Counted from the whole stretch's first letter, positions 23,336 to 35,849 are shown. The stretch: DNA of 63,135 nucleotides, filler included, from Globobulimina sp. (GCA_003354225.1; 30 parts of 30 records of this genome joined end to end with filler, not necessarily neighbours in it), one strand, 5' to 3'. Notes: generated by a model not told the origin, from the sequence alone. Made by a program: numbers and translations.

Positions 23336-24885
23336 TTGACCACGCAGAGATTCAGTGGTTGCAAAGTTTTATATTATTGCTGTGAAGGCTGCCAACGGAA
23401 TGGCTGGAAAACACATAAGAAATATTGTAAATTATTGAGGTACGTATTTGTGCAATTATTGAGGCATACAACTTTCATATTATTTGAATATTCCATAACT
23501 ATAAGAAATAAGCCAGCTGACATTGCCAAAAAAGTAAAGAATACATTGCAGAGATTTGATATGGATTTGACAGACATAGCGACTGATTCTATCGAGAGAG
23601 CATTCAAAATTTATGAAACAAAGTATGGAAATAATCATGTTAAAGTTTTGCAAGATATTATTTTAATTTTAGAGAACTGTGAATATTCAGTTGAAGAGAT
23701 GAAAAAATTGAAAATAAATATTGTATTGGTGATAAGTTGCAAATATTGGAGCTACTTGCCCCATTTACAACAAATTGGGAAGTTGCAACAGTTATTCTGG
23801 TGGATGCAAACTGGATTGTTGTCCATATGGATAAGCTAACAATATCCGAATGTTCCACAGTGGAATGTATTGAGGCATTGCATGTTTCTGAGGACAGCGA
23901 CAGAATCAATGCACCGCCTGAATGGATTGTGGTTGTTATGGATGAGTTAAAATTAAATAATTGCAGCTTGCAAGAAATACATAATGATAAGGCAATTTTT
24001 GCATGTTTTGCTCAGGAAATATATGGGGCAGCAAATAAATACACACAGATTGAAACGAAATACATTGAATATATCAGAAACAATCCGAATGTATTTGAAG
24101 GTATGGTTGGAACAAATAAAATGATTTCAACGTTAGCCAAAATATTTACTGTTAAAGTAACAGTTATTGAATATGATGATTTTTATTATAATGATTTGTA
24201 TCTATTGTTTGAGTGTGGCGGAGATGGTGATATTCCATCGATATTGTTAATGAAATATGGATTGAAATATTGTGTAATAAAAGATTTACAACAAAGATTT
24301 GAAAGACCATTAAACTCTGCAACATATACAAAGAATGCAGCAAATCAATTAGAAAAAAAATTGAGTTTTAAAAAAAATAGATTCAGTCAAGTGCTAAAAA
24401 ACATGAATCAATTGAATCAAAAGTATGAAAAATTAATGGAATTAAATCAATGCATTGTTCGGGAATTGGATGGTAAAATATTGCAAATGAATGAAATGAA
24501 ACAAAAACATGAAGAATTGTTGGGGAAAATGCATGATTTAAATGGTGAAATGAATGAATATGTTGTCGCAAATTGTGCGTTAAAAAATAGATTGGATTAT
24601 TTGAATGGCACAGCTTCGGTGAGTAAGTTTAATGGATTGAATTTAAAAGAATTGAATGCATTGGAAATAAAATTACAAGTTGGAATGAATAAGATTCAAA
24701 AGGCAAGAATTAGATTAATGGAACAAAGATTTAATTGTATTGCTTGTTTAGAAAATCCAAAAAATATTTTAATTGATGGATGTTTGCATGTGTCGTTATG
24801 CCAAGAATGCGAATCAAAATTACAATCAAAAATATGCCCACTCTGTCAAATGCCATACAAAACGGCTAAAAAAATCCATATCTAA
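23336..24885 (+). CDS. MYND fragment, coiled coil and C-terminal RING (C3HC4) protein; multi-exon or degenerate
   Basis: YYCCEGCQRNGWKTHKKYC in the first ORF; CIACLENPKNILIDGCLHVSLCQECE...ICPLCQ at the end of 23737-24885. Confidence 0.7.
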
Positions 24886-24900
24886 TCATTTTATTTAGAG

Positions 24901-25065
24901 TTTTCCTATTTAACCTTGATTTTGCTCATGATTTGTTAGAGAAAAAGCTTAAGTGAATGTTCTTCTAATCCTTATTTATAATACAATATGATCTTTATTT
25001 ACAGTTTGTAATCGAGACGAATATTGAAAGTTGATCATGAGCAAAATCAAGGTTAAATAGGAAAA
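24901..25065. mobile_element. MITE-like element with perfect 32-bp inverted repeats
   Basis: TTTTCCTATTTAACCTTGATTTTGCTCATGAT (24901-24932) is the exact reverse complement of 25034-25065. Confidence 0.75.
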
Positions 25066-25311
25066 TGTAAACATATTTCGCCTTTGAATATTTGCCTGTA
25101 CTTTTGTTTTAGTATTACATCAAGTTCTACGGAGATCATTTTATTCCTATTTTGATCGATTCAATTTGTCACATTTTTTGAGTTTTGGCGAAGAAGTCAG
25201 GTTTTTGGGTTNNNNNNNNNNNNNNNNNNNNNNNNNNNNNNNNNNNNNNNNNNNNTTAATTAATTAANNNNNNNNNNNNNNNNNNNNNNNNNNNNNNNNN
25301 NNNNNNNNNNN

Positions 25312-27319
25312 CGCATCGCTTATGAACCCAAGAGCTGATGGACTATCGAGAGGAAAGCCATACGCATTGGAAACATGTGATCGAAGTTGGAAACTCAGAA
25401 ATAAATCTAGAGAGTCATTGAAATATGCAAATGAAGCTTTAACAGTATACAAAGAAGCAAGGAAACGGATGGCAAACTTGAAAGGGAAAAAGAAGGAATG
25501 TACATGTGATAACCTATTCGCATGCGAGCAACAGAAAGTATATCCAAAATGGAGAGCAAATTCATAAACTTGTATTGTTAAATTTTTTTCTTTTGCCAAA
25601 AGTCGTTTGTTTTATCTATTTAAAAGTTACACTTTATTCGTAAGTAAAGTCCTTAACCTTACTAACTCAAAAAAACTGCTTGAACATACAACTAAAGGTA
25701 CGACAAACGAAACGGTTCAAACCTAAAAGAATGACAACGCAGCAATTCCAGAAAAAAAGACAAGAAAATTGGCAATATAGACATGCGCCAAACACTAACG
25801 AGCAATATGGATCAATAGAAAAGTATTGGATGATATTTAGTAAGATCCACGAAAGACCGATGGATGATTTCAGCGAAAATAACATCATAGATTATATGAT
25901 ATGGAATAAGGAATGTAAGAAAGCATTCGGATGGACAGCAATCCATTCACATCAATATGGATTAAAAGACATTGCCCTCAAATACAATATGAATATAAAA
26001 GTAGCAAAGGAGCATATGCCAAACCTGCACAATCATAAAATAGCAGAAAAAAAGGCAAAACCCTGACAAGGGTGGATCGAAACCGATCGATGAAACAATG
26101 ATCGAGGAATGGATCCAAATAATAAAAAGAGATGAAACTATGGATAATATAATACGGAGTTATATGCGAAGTGATATAACTCCAGTTATACCATAAGATA
26201 CCATCCAATATAATACTGAATCCATAATCCGAATATATGGATGATGTCATATGGATTCATAATGCGAGCGAATCAGAGAAACGAAATACTCGCTCCTTTC
26301 ATATAATAATTTTTTCTTTTAAAACCCTCTGTTGACTTACGACACCTTCGGGTAGTCAGACTAGTACAGGATGAGGTATATAAAGCGTTTCTGGCATAAT
26401 CCTTACCCCAGAAACACTTTGTAACCTGTCTAGTTATTACCATTCGTCCTACCCCCAATATCAAAGGTATCCATAAGTATAACAAAATTATCATGGATAA
26501 CAACGATAAGCATCGCATTTACAGAGATTAAGCGAATCAGCGAATATGCCTTCAATATGAATATCGCAAATAATTTATGTTACGACAATTTACAATTTGA
26601 ATATGACATTGGATCAAAGGATTGGAGCAAATCAACCTATATAATATGGCAAAGAAAGACTGGCAAAACACACCAATATGATTTTGCCAACAAACGATTA
26701 GAGTCAGCAATAATATGCCAATGCACAACAGCATCCAAAATATGTACTAAATGTGCTATAATGGAGCTGACAAAGGAAAGAAAACGAATTGAGAACAAGA
26801 ATAGAATCAATACACAACAGCAAATCTTAACTGATAATGGGAAGCCAATAAATAAATATATGATTGGAAGAAAAGTAAAAGAGCTATGTAGGAAGACCGG
26901 GCATGACCCGGCAAGACATACACCGCACGGATTTAGAAAAGGCGGTACACAAAAAGCCATTGCCGATGGAGTACCACTCCCTCAAATACAAAAGCAAGCC
27001 GATTGGAATGGGCCCGCTATGATATTTCGATATAATAATAATGTAAGTATTGAAAAGCAAATAAAAATAATGAAACAAACATATAATAAATTGTAAACAA
27101 GTGATTGAAACTATTTAAAATGATTATCTTGAAACAAACTAAAGAAACAGACTGGAAACGGATGGTATTATATGAAACTAAGGATAACGAGTTGTATATG
27201 AAGTGTTTCTGGGACCCAATACATACACAAACAAGTCCTAGAAACACCGAGTACCCTTCCTAGTAATTACCATACGTCCTAACAACACTATCTAGGTATC
27301 GCCGAATATAATTCGGAGT
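25312..27319 (+). mobile_element. DIRS-order (tyrosine-recombinase) retrotransposon 3' region: RNase H tail, disrupted YR gene, 3' repeat region
   Basis: NPRADGLSRG is the N..ADxLSR RNase H end. YR motifs KRISEY (R at 26533), GKTHQ, HGFRKGG, ADW...FRY. The YR N-terminal part is 25680-26145 with a +1 shift at an A7 run. Confidence 0.8.
26146..26471. mobile_element. ~325-nt non-coding, hairpin-rich insertion inside the YR gene
   Basis: Contains stops between in-frame YR segments (...KRDETMD / SISITKLSW...KRISEY); at least 5 stems; its ends match 27305-27319 and 27194-27300. Confidence 0.65.
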
Positions 27320-27804
27320 NNNNNNNNNNNNNNNNNNNNNNNNNNNNNNNNNNNNNNNNNNNNTTAATTAATTAANNNNNNNNNNNNNNNNNNNNNNNNN
27401 NNNNNNNNNNNNNNNNNNNGAACCAACAACTACACACCATTTTAATCAAAGACATTTTTTTTATTGATTATGTTCAATATATATATATAAAAATATTATC
27501 TCTCCTTTCGCTGCTTATTTGTTTTGTGTAATAAGCATTATATAATATTATCGATATCGTTTTAATTTTTTGTGTGTTGACATTTTTCAAAACACTAAGA
27601 AATCAATTGCCATTCGACTGTGTATTTTCCGTTCGACTGATCATATTAATATATGAGCAGAGCAAATAATATAACCAGATCGATGAAACACATTAATATC
27701 TTAACTCACACACAAATTATAGCACAGAGTTATACCAAACTGGTTGTTTGTACATGTCAAAACAAATCCGAGTTGATATTAAATTATACAATTATACTGC
27801 ATGG

Positions 27805-29169
27805 TTATTGTTTAACTTTCCCATTTGCAATAATCTCCTTCCAATTGCCCTGTGTATACATTTTTATTTTATATCTCAACGCATCAATCTCTGTCGATGT
27901 CGACGTAATTAATTTATATTTTGATTCCAGTATATCCTCAATTTGCTGCTTATATTTATTCTCATTCTCCTGCAAAATGCCAATCCTTCCTTTCAAACTA
28001 TTAATATCCCGCTCATACATTGCTTTCTCCTCTTTCCTCTCTGCTTTTAATGTAGCAATCTCTCGTTTCAGTTGATCCGCATTCAAATCCCCATCACCGC
28101 CATCACTCAGATACAATTTCTGCACTTCAGACTTAGTCGGCCGATTTCCAAACGCTTCATTCATTTGCTGTTTCACTGAATTCCTCTGCTGCTTTATTTT
28201 GTGCTTTGCCACTTGGACATCTTCATTCAAATATTCTTTCTGAACAATGCCACGAAACACAATCTCGTCCTTAGCCGACCTCTGATTTAATGAATGTTCC
28301 ATCTTTGATTTCAACTCTTTCTGTGCTGCTTTTTGATCCTTTCTATGTTGCTCATAATCCTTATTCGAGAACAATTCATCTTTATTTATAATGGCTCTCT
28401 GATCCGCTTCGTGCGGATCCATTCGTTGCGCCAATTTCATAGATAATGATTTAATATTTTTCGCTTTGTTCTCTTTTAAAATATTGGGATTATCCCAATC
28501 AGGCACAATGCCGCGATCCTGTAAATCTTGCCGAGTCGGTCGAAATTTGCTGTCAATCTTATTTCTGATCTTCGCCACTGGCTCTTTTCGATATTGCTGC
28601 CAATCTTTTTGTGCTTCTTCCAATGACTTGTTGCCATGAACTACGTCGGCGAATGATTCTGGAATAATGCCTCGAATCGTTAAGTCTGTGGCGGAGGATC
28701 GTTGGCCAAATTTCCAGTTTAAATTAGAAGCCAGCGGGTTATGATTATGCATACTTTTGATTTCTTCATCCTTTTCATTCTGTATATAATTATATTACAA
28801 TAAAAGCACGGTCAAATATATAGGAAAGCACGTAGGTATTAGGTATGAGGCAACTTTTTGATCAATGTCGTGGTGGGCATCTCTGTATTGGTATAATTTA
28901 TAATATTCTGTATCTGCTTTTTTTAAATCTGGAGGTAAGTCATCATCGTGTGCTATGTCAACGGGTTGCGGTCGATGTGATAGTTTGCGATTTAACTGTA
29001 ATATCCTTTTTGCTTCTTCCATTGGTTTTTTTTCACGCAATTCGTCAGTTAATCCATTGTGAATATTGTGACTTATTAAGGATTTAAACGGCAGTCTCTG
29101 TTTATGTGATAGTCTTTTTTTAATTAATTCTCTATTTTCCTTAAAAGTGGCATCGGCCATGTTCAACAA
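27805..29169 (-). CDS. RPEL-repeat (G-actin-binding) protein with C-terminal coiled coil; intron 28780-28854
   Basis: LNRKLSHRPQPVDI, FGQRSSATDLTIRGII, FRPTRQDLQDRGIV, LNQRSAKDEIVFRGIV, FGNRPTKSEV; splicing joins IDQK|NEKDEE. Confidence 0.8.
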
Positions 29170-29556
29170 TTACACTCTTTTTTTTAAAAGGATTGAAAAG
29201 AAGTTTATATCCTGATTCTGTAAATGATGTAGTAACCCTAGCTACTATTTTGAGTATTTCAACTGAAAGCATGGCAAATAGGTATCTTTCTTAAAGTCAA
29301 TGCTCTTATTCCATTCATTTAACAGTTACAGACTTTTCCGCAAAAGCATACCATTTACCGTTCCTTTATCAACGTTGATTTGGATTAATCATTCCCAAAA
29401 TAATTGCTTTTTAAATCATTTCAATGTNNNNNNNNNNNNNNNNNNNNNNNNNNNNNNNNNNNNNNNNNNNNTTAATTAATTAANNNNNNNNNNNNNNNNN
29501 NNNNNNNNNNNNNNNNNNNNNNNNNNNTCTGTTGCTTTGTAGTGTTACTTTTTTTT

Positions 29557-29660
29557 ACCAATATAAAATCACCAATATAAAATCACCAATATAAAATCAC
29601 CAATATAAAATTGCAAAAATCACCAATATAAAGCACCAATATAAAATCACCAGTGTAAAA
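29557..29660. repeat. 14-bp minisatellite (ACCAATATAAAATC)n
   Basis: About 6 partly degenerate copies; CACTGGTG twice at ~29698-29719 is complementary to the last copy. Confidence 0.85.
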
Positions 29661-29940
29661 TGGCGAATAGAAATGTACTTTTTATATTGAAGACTTACAC
29701 TGGTGCTATTACACTGGTGCTTTTCGAAATTCCATTAACTCATGTTTATGAGTATAATAATTTAATGCAAGAGGTAATTTTGTAATGAATTTTGAATCTA
29801 TATATAGTGATAGAGGTTTCAAAGGGACAAGAAAAAAACAGCACTCAAAAAAAAATATTTTGCATTAATATAGCATTTATATAGTATTATTATATGAATA
29901 TCTTTAATATGAATACTGATCAAAATCTGCTAAAAAAAAT

Positions 29941-30879
29941 TTAAGATTGTTCATCTTTGTTTTTTTTATCTTTGATAATGGATCCAGTGGCTTTATCTAA
30001 ATACGAAAACCACTTTTGATAATTTCCAGTATTTCGTGTGTGATGTTTATAGTGATGATCAGGACCGGCAATAAAACGTTTACCGATAACTTTTGGAATA
30101 ATATTATGTAATCTCCACGGCATATCATAAGCAGAATGTTCTTCAACTAACCAAAATACCGTAATAATATCATAAATACACCTTGATATTGGATGAAATT
30201 TATACCTTCCATTTGTAATAAATTTTGCTGAATTTACAGTAAATATTGATGTAAATAAATTTGTCCAGGTTTGACCAAATGACAAACTGAAAGTCCCCCA
30301 ATGATTACATTGCTTGATAGAACTTCCTGGCTCATGATGCTTATCATGAAAATTAACGTATAACCAACGATTTTTATGCATAAAAAAATGACACCAAAAA
30401 AATATAAAATCGTATACAAATAACATTATTATTATTTCTAAGATACATACAGAAATTGTTGGTATTGTATCAGGAATATCTCTTCGAGGAAATAAATAAT
30501 CAAATGCAAAAATTGGAGCATAATAATATAATGTTGGCAGCAACGCCACGTTTTCTACTCCAGCCACGTTTAATATGGAAAATAATGATTTTTTATTTGG
30601 TTCATAGCATTTATTTTTTGCTTCATCCAACATCCATAAAGAAATTGTATTAAAATGATATCTTTCTAAATAATCATATAACATTAATACTAATCGAAAA
30701 CCTAAAAACGAGAAAACAGGCTCTAAACTTTCTAAATGAATAATTTGTGAATCCCTTACATAATTTTTCCATAAGTCTTTCCATACTTTGTCGCAGTCTT
30801 TTTTATACACAAAATAAAATATTGAAAGTCCTATAATCATCAATCGAATAACATTTGTAATTTGTTGTTTCTTCATCAT
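29941..30879 (-). CDS. Fatty acid hydroxylase/sterol desaturase superfamily (CH25H/ERG25-like)
   Basis: His boxes HFFMH, HDKHH, HHYKHH; EEHSAYDMPW; GNYQKWFSYLDK. Confidence 0.9.
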   Translation of the reverse strand: MMKKQQITNVIRLMIIGLSIFYFVYKKDCDKVWKDLWKNYVRDSQIIHLESLEPVFSFLGFRLVLMLYDYLERYHFNTISLWMLDEAKNKCYEPNKKSLFSILNVAGVENVALLPTLYYYAPIFAFDYLFPRRDIPDTIPTISVCILEIIIMLFVYDFIFFWCHFFMHKNRWLYVNFHDKHHEPGSSIKQCNHWGTFSLSFGQTWTNLFTSIFTVNSAKFITNGRYKFHPISRCIYDIITVFWLVEEHSAYDMPWRLHNIIPKVIGKRFIAGPDHHYKHHTRNTGNYQKWFSYLDKATGSIIKDKKNKDEQS

Positions 30880-31635
30880 ACGTCAATGCTTATTTGTGGT
30901 TGAATCTAGCTTGCTTTTTTGTTGAAATGACCCTTAGAGTTAAAGTAAGAAAGGAGTGCTAATTATATTTATAGAGCGGTGATCATAAAAATAGTTCATA
31001 ATTGATACCATTACAATACATTTTAACATTTGAAACTATCATATAAATGTTGTTGTACTCTATCTGTTGATGCTTGTATTGTGTATTGATTCCATGATCA
31101 AATATTAGTGGATTATCTACAAATTTTGGAGCAGCGAAAAATATTAATGCATATTTTATTGCCGATGTTCAATTTAAAGAGAACATCATCATTATGAGCA
31201 GCTGCAGAGAATGAAGCAGTGCTTACAATTGGTATCATGCCAACCTGTTGTTGTTGATCATCATCACAACTTAGCGATTTCATCACAACTTGCAAGAAAT
31301 GGATTTAATTGGCAATTGGTATGATAATAAAAAGGATTATTCGTTGGTGGATTTGAGTAAATATTCATCTTTTAAAACGTTGCAGATTAAACTGAAAGAT
31401 TTTGATAAATTCCGTTTGCCGAAAGATGGCAAATTAATTTTGAATAATTTAACAAATATACGCTTAGCAAGTAATTGGGTCGATAGACCCTTATTCGATG
31501 TTAATTTCAATTTTGATCAAAATTGTATGTAGTACNNNNNNNNNNNNNNNNNNNNNNNNNNNNNNNNNNNNNNNNNNNNTTAATTAATTAANNNNNNNNN
31601 NNNNNNNNNNNNNNNNNNNNNNNNNNNNNNNNNNN

Positions 31636-32345
31636 AAGGCTTTTGCTTCTTTTTCGTGCAATGGTACGCCTGTAATGCACTCGAATAATGAGATGATTGC
31701 CAACAGAAATAATATTATATTAACCAGCCACGGTTTGAGTGGTGACTGGATTTTAATATATTTTATTTTGTGTTTGAATAATACATTGTGGATAATTGAG
31801 ATGAATGATAATATTAAGTTGGTGATGAATATTATAAATAAGGACCTACGCATTTGAGAGAGGTCGTGGAATAGTAAGAATAATAAAAATACCCATCCGA
31901 AAAATAGAGTGAATGATAAGGATAATATTCGTAAAACCATATTGATCTCAGATATCTGTCGTTGTTCCTGGATGTACCAAACTAATAATATTTGCAATTG
32001 GATCAAGGTCAAAGCCCATGTGATTCCGTCTGTTAATATCAAATTCAATATGTCTTGCAGTAAAAATACAAATTCAATGACGAATATAAGTAATAAAATG
32101 ACATATTCACGAGACCGAAATCGTACATTGATTTCATGATTTTTTATCACAATATTTGGTTCATCATCATTTGATTTGGAGGATTTAGATTTGAGATATC
32201 GATTGAGACAAAATACACATAATATGGTCAACAATGTCAATATACTGAATGCGATTCTTACGTTTAGAAAAGCACTCATGATCTCAGATTCATAAGTGTT
32301 TTTTTTTTGTAAAAACTCTTTTTTTATATAATGGCAACCTTGCAT
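31636..32345 (-). CDS. Multi-pass membrane protein, 3' partial
   Basis: About 6 hydrophobic segments; family not recognised. Confidence 0.6.
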
Positions 32346-32368
32346 AGAACCTAATAGTTTTACAAACT

Positions 32369-33642
32369 ATGCAACTATTTCTTCGCAACCAACCACGAAT
32401 TGAATCATTTCTAAACAAAGATACATCGCTATCAATCGAACTGCGATCGAACCAACTAAACCAAGCTATAATCGACTATTTGGATGTTGAATTGCTATTT
32501 GGTTTAATAAAAATAATAATTTCCTTCGAAAACAACGAGAATGTAATCCACCATCAATATCAACAATACATAGCGCCCAAATTGTTGTTAGATCATTACC
32601 CCCGAAAACTATTACACTTTTTCAAAATATTAAACTATACCTCCTCCATAATCGCCATCACCACTTCTTTTTACCATCTCCACCGTTGGCTAAAACAAGC
32701 CGCGTGCATCAACTCCGACACCTTACCCTCGACAGCCACCATAACCACCATCAACAATTACAACACAGTGCAACAGTCCCAACGTGACGCATTACCACGC
32801 TTTTTAACCTTATTTCCCATTCCCGGCTCATTGTTGATATTCAAACATATCACACCGAATTTATTCGCCTCCTCCACGTATTACAACTCGTTATATCCGT
32901 CGCTATATACTACCATACCTTTATTCGCGTTATGGACCGGTTTTGAGTTCATGAAAAATATTATATTCTTCAATACACATCGCAATATTTCCAAATTGTC
33001 CTATTTCATGCCAGTGGACCGGGTCACAGAGTCCATTACAAATTCATTGTTCAACGATTGGAGCGAGTTACTGTTCACAGACAATTATGGTTTATCGCCA
33101 AAGCGATTTATAATGTCGTACACCAATGACATGCATACTGTGTTCAGTGGCTATGACGAACATAACCGTCTAATTCGAGTGGATGAGAATGATGACCAAC
33201 GGAGGAATATCAATTTTGATCAGGAATATGGACCGCAACCAGTCACAGATACAGATACATTGGATAGGTACGACTACGATGAGTATGATGAGTATGACCA
33301 TGACGCAGCGCGGAGGAATAACATAATAGTCCCCAATCCGAAATATTATCATCGCAACAACAGATTACCTCTACCCTCTTATAAACATTTCTTGCTTCAA
33401 AATAATACGCTTTTCACCATCATTATGCTGCACAGCACTCTCTTGCCAGTGAGCAGAGCGTTATTGCATTGGAACCATTTCTTTTTACCAAATTCGAAGC
33501 TCATGGTTGTAAAAAATAAGTCAACCACCTCATATACGCAGAATACACTGATGAAACTGACAAATATTGTACTAAGTCACACGTATTGTTTGTCGGATGT
33601 TGTATCGACCTCAATTGTGCCTATTTTGGGGTTACGAGCTGT
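32369..33642 (+). CDS. Hypothetical, probably membrane-associated protein, 3' partial
   Basis: About 424 open codons with hydrophobic stretches and an acidic DEY repeat. Confidence 0.55.
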
Positions 33643-34183
33643 NNNNNNNNNNNNNNNNNNNNNNNNNNNNNNNNNNNNNNNNNNNNTTAATTAATTAANN
33701 NNNNNNNNNNNNNNNNNNNNNNNNNNNNNNNNNNNNNNNNNNCAAATTCGCAATCACACATAATACATAAAGTGAGTAGTATATATCTAACAACAGTAAA
33801 GAGGTCCCTTTTTAAATTGGTAATTGGTAGTCGGGAACTGAAGCATTGACACATCTTTTCGACACACCTTTTCGACACACCTTTTCGACACAGTTTTTTC
33901 TCGACACAGTTTTTTTAATCGATTATGAGACAATCCGTTCAGCTGCATCTCTGACAGAAAAATTCTGACATTTCTGTCAGAAAAAAGCTGTCAGAGATTT
34001 CATAATTGGTACATCATCATAATTCATAATCAACTCATAAATTATTAAAACAAAACATCTTTTATCTTTTATATTTTTATTATGGAATCTGCCAAAATAG
34101 AACAATATGTTAAAGACATTAATGAAACAGGTAAATTGATTACGACAGGTAAATTAGTATCATGTTTTAAATTATTATTTTCT

Positions 34184-34300
34184 GTCAATCCGTTTTTCAT
34201 CAATCCGTTTTTCATCAATCTGTTTTTCATCAATCCGTTTTTTATCAATCTGTTTTTTATCAATCTGTTTTTTTTGTCAATCCGTTTTTCATCAATCTGT
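34184..34300. repeat. 15-bp tandem repeat TCAATC(C/T)GTTTTT(C/T)A
   Basis: About 7-8 copies visible. Confidence 0.85.
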
Positions 34301-34535
34301 TTATTTTTTTTCGGATTGTTATTAACTTTTTTGATATTTTTACTTCAAAACAAAACCTCAAAACCAACTTACTTCACTCCAACCATCCTCGAGGGACTTC
34401 GCAAAATCGCACATCAAATTAATTGCCATTGCACCACAAGAAATTATTATTGCCATTGCACCACAAGAAATTCGCATCGCCATCAATTCGCCGTCATTCA
34501 CATACTGATCCATCATTATCGTCGCCAAAATTCAT

Positions 34536-35387
34536 TTGATTCGTCAGCAAAATTCATTATTATTGTCCACGCAAATTCGCAATTTCATTATGTCAGGACG
34601 CAATGATAGCCAGGGTTTATGCCAAATTTCGCCAGACAATTATTCCGTTCGATCTCGTCAGGGTATATCTCGTAATGATGGACCATATCCCAGTCAAGGT
34701 TTATATGCACCACGAACCAATTTTCACCAAATACAGAACAATAATAACAACAACAATCAATCACCATCGGTTATTTCATTAACATCAACATTTTTGATGC
34801 CACCATTTCAACAATCATTACCATCAACATTTGTATGGATGGATGAAAAAAAACCAACCAAAAAAGCAATCATATCAAACAAACACCGATCAAATATGGT
34901 TTACGCAATTGATACAAAAGCGGAATTAAATAATATTTTAAATTATGCTGTTCCCGGAAATAAATTAAGAATTGACGCGGATATTTTTGATTTTGAAATC
35001 GTTGAATATTTTGGTACGATTGTTTTTAAATTAATATCGATTGAAAAACAATATTTAAAATTCGAATGCCATTGGGTCGATTTGCTTTTTTTTCATTATG
35101 CAGTGGTGATTGATATTGGAAGATTGGATTGGTTCGATCATTTAAATCATGATTTGATGAATCAGATTAAAAGTGCAATTGCATCAAAACAAAAAATGCG
35201 ATGTGGATGTTGCCTTAAACAATTGGTTAGATGGAGCTCGGTGTTTGTGACGAATAGTGATGAATTAATGATTCGGGGATTTGGTCATTATAAATGGCCC
35301 AACAAATACAATTTAATTAATAAAAAATGTTATGATGAAGTAAATGATATTGCAATGATGATTAATGAAATGAAGAATACGGAATGA
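34536..35387 (+). CDS. Hypothetical protein
   Basis: 283-codon ORF with a low-complexity N-terminus and CGCC near the C-terminus; no family recognised. Confidence 0.5.
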   Translation: MIRQQNSLLLSTQIRNFIMSGRNDSQGLCQISPDNYSVRSRQGISRNDGPYPSQGLYAPRTNFHQIQNNNNNNNQSPSVISLTSTFLMPPFQQSLPSTFVWMDEKKPTKKAIISNKHRSNMVYAIDTKAELNNILNYAVPGNKLRIDADIFDFEIVEYFGTIVFKLISIEKQYLKFECHWVDLLFFHYAVVIDIGRLDWFDHLNHDLMNQIKSAIASKQKMRCGCCLKQLVRWSSVFVTNSDELMIRGFGHYKWPNKYNLINKKCYDEVNDIAMMINEMKNTE

Positions 35388-35638
35388 CTGACTGACTATT
35401 TTTTTGATGACTGACTATTTTATTGTTCTCATTGACTAACTGACTCTTCTATTTTTAGCGATTATAAATCTCATAATCCGTGTTCACCTTTTCGTGTTCA
35501 CACCTTGAACAAAATAATATGAACAATCTCATAATCAGAAATATTCAGCTACATCTCCGTTTTTTCATTACCTTGCTACATAAGAAGGTGATATTTTTTC
35601 ACAACTTTTTCATTACCTTGCTACAAAAGAAGGTGACA

Positions 35639-35749
35639 TTTTTATCTGACCCCTTCCCGACTAGGAAGAGTACTTTTTATCTGACCCCTTCCCGACTAGG
35701 AAGAGTACTTTTTATTTTGATCCCTTCCCGAGTAGGAAGAGTACTTTTT
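35639..35749. repeat. 35-bp tandem repeat with internal hairpin (at least 3 copies, cut by contig end)
   Basis: TTTTTATCTGACCCCTTCCCGACTAGGAAGAGTAC twice plus one variant; CTTCC-N6-GGAAG stem in each. Confidence 0.9.
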
Positions 35750-35849
35750 NNNNNNNNNNNNNNNNNNNNNNNNNNNNNNNNNNNNNNNNNNNNTTAATTA
35801 ATTAANNNNNNNNNNNNNNNNNNNNNNNNNNNNNNNNNNNNNNNNNNNN

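Noticed and set aside
26146-26471. Insert as a group I/II intron, hammerhead ribozyme or IscB/TnpB omega-RNA
   Set aside because: No convincing P7/R-S core, domain V or CUGANGA/GAAA core on either strand, and no RuvC nuclease ORF; left unclassified.
34069-34606. ORFs 34082-34606 and 34069-34263
   Set aside because: Translations are dominated by the 15-bp tandem repeat; no protein-like signal.
35639-35749. 35-bp palindromic repeat as a CRISPR array
   Set aside because: Copies are head-to-tail with no unique spacers, no cas genes are seen, and the context is eukaryotic.
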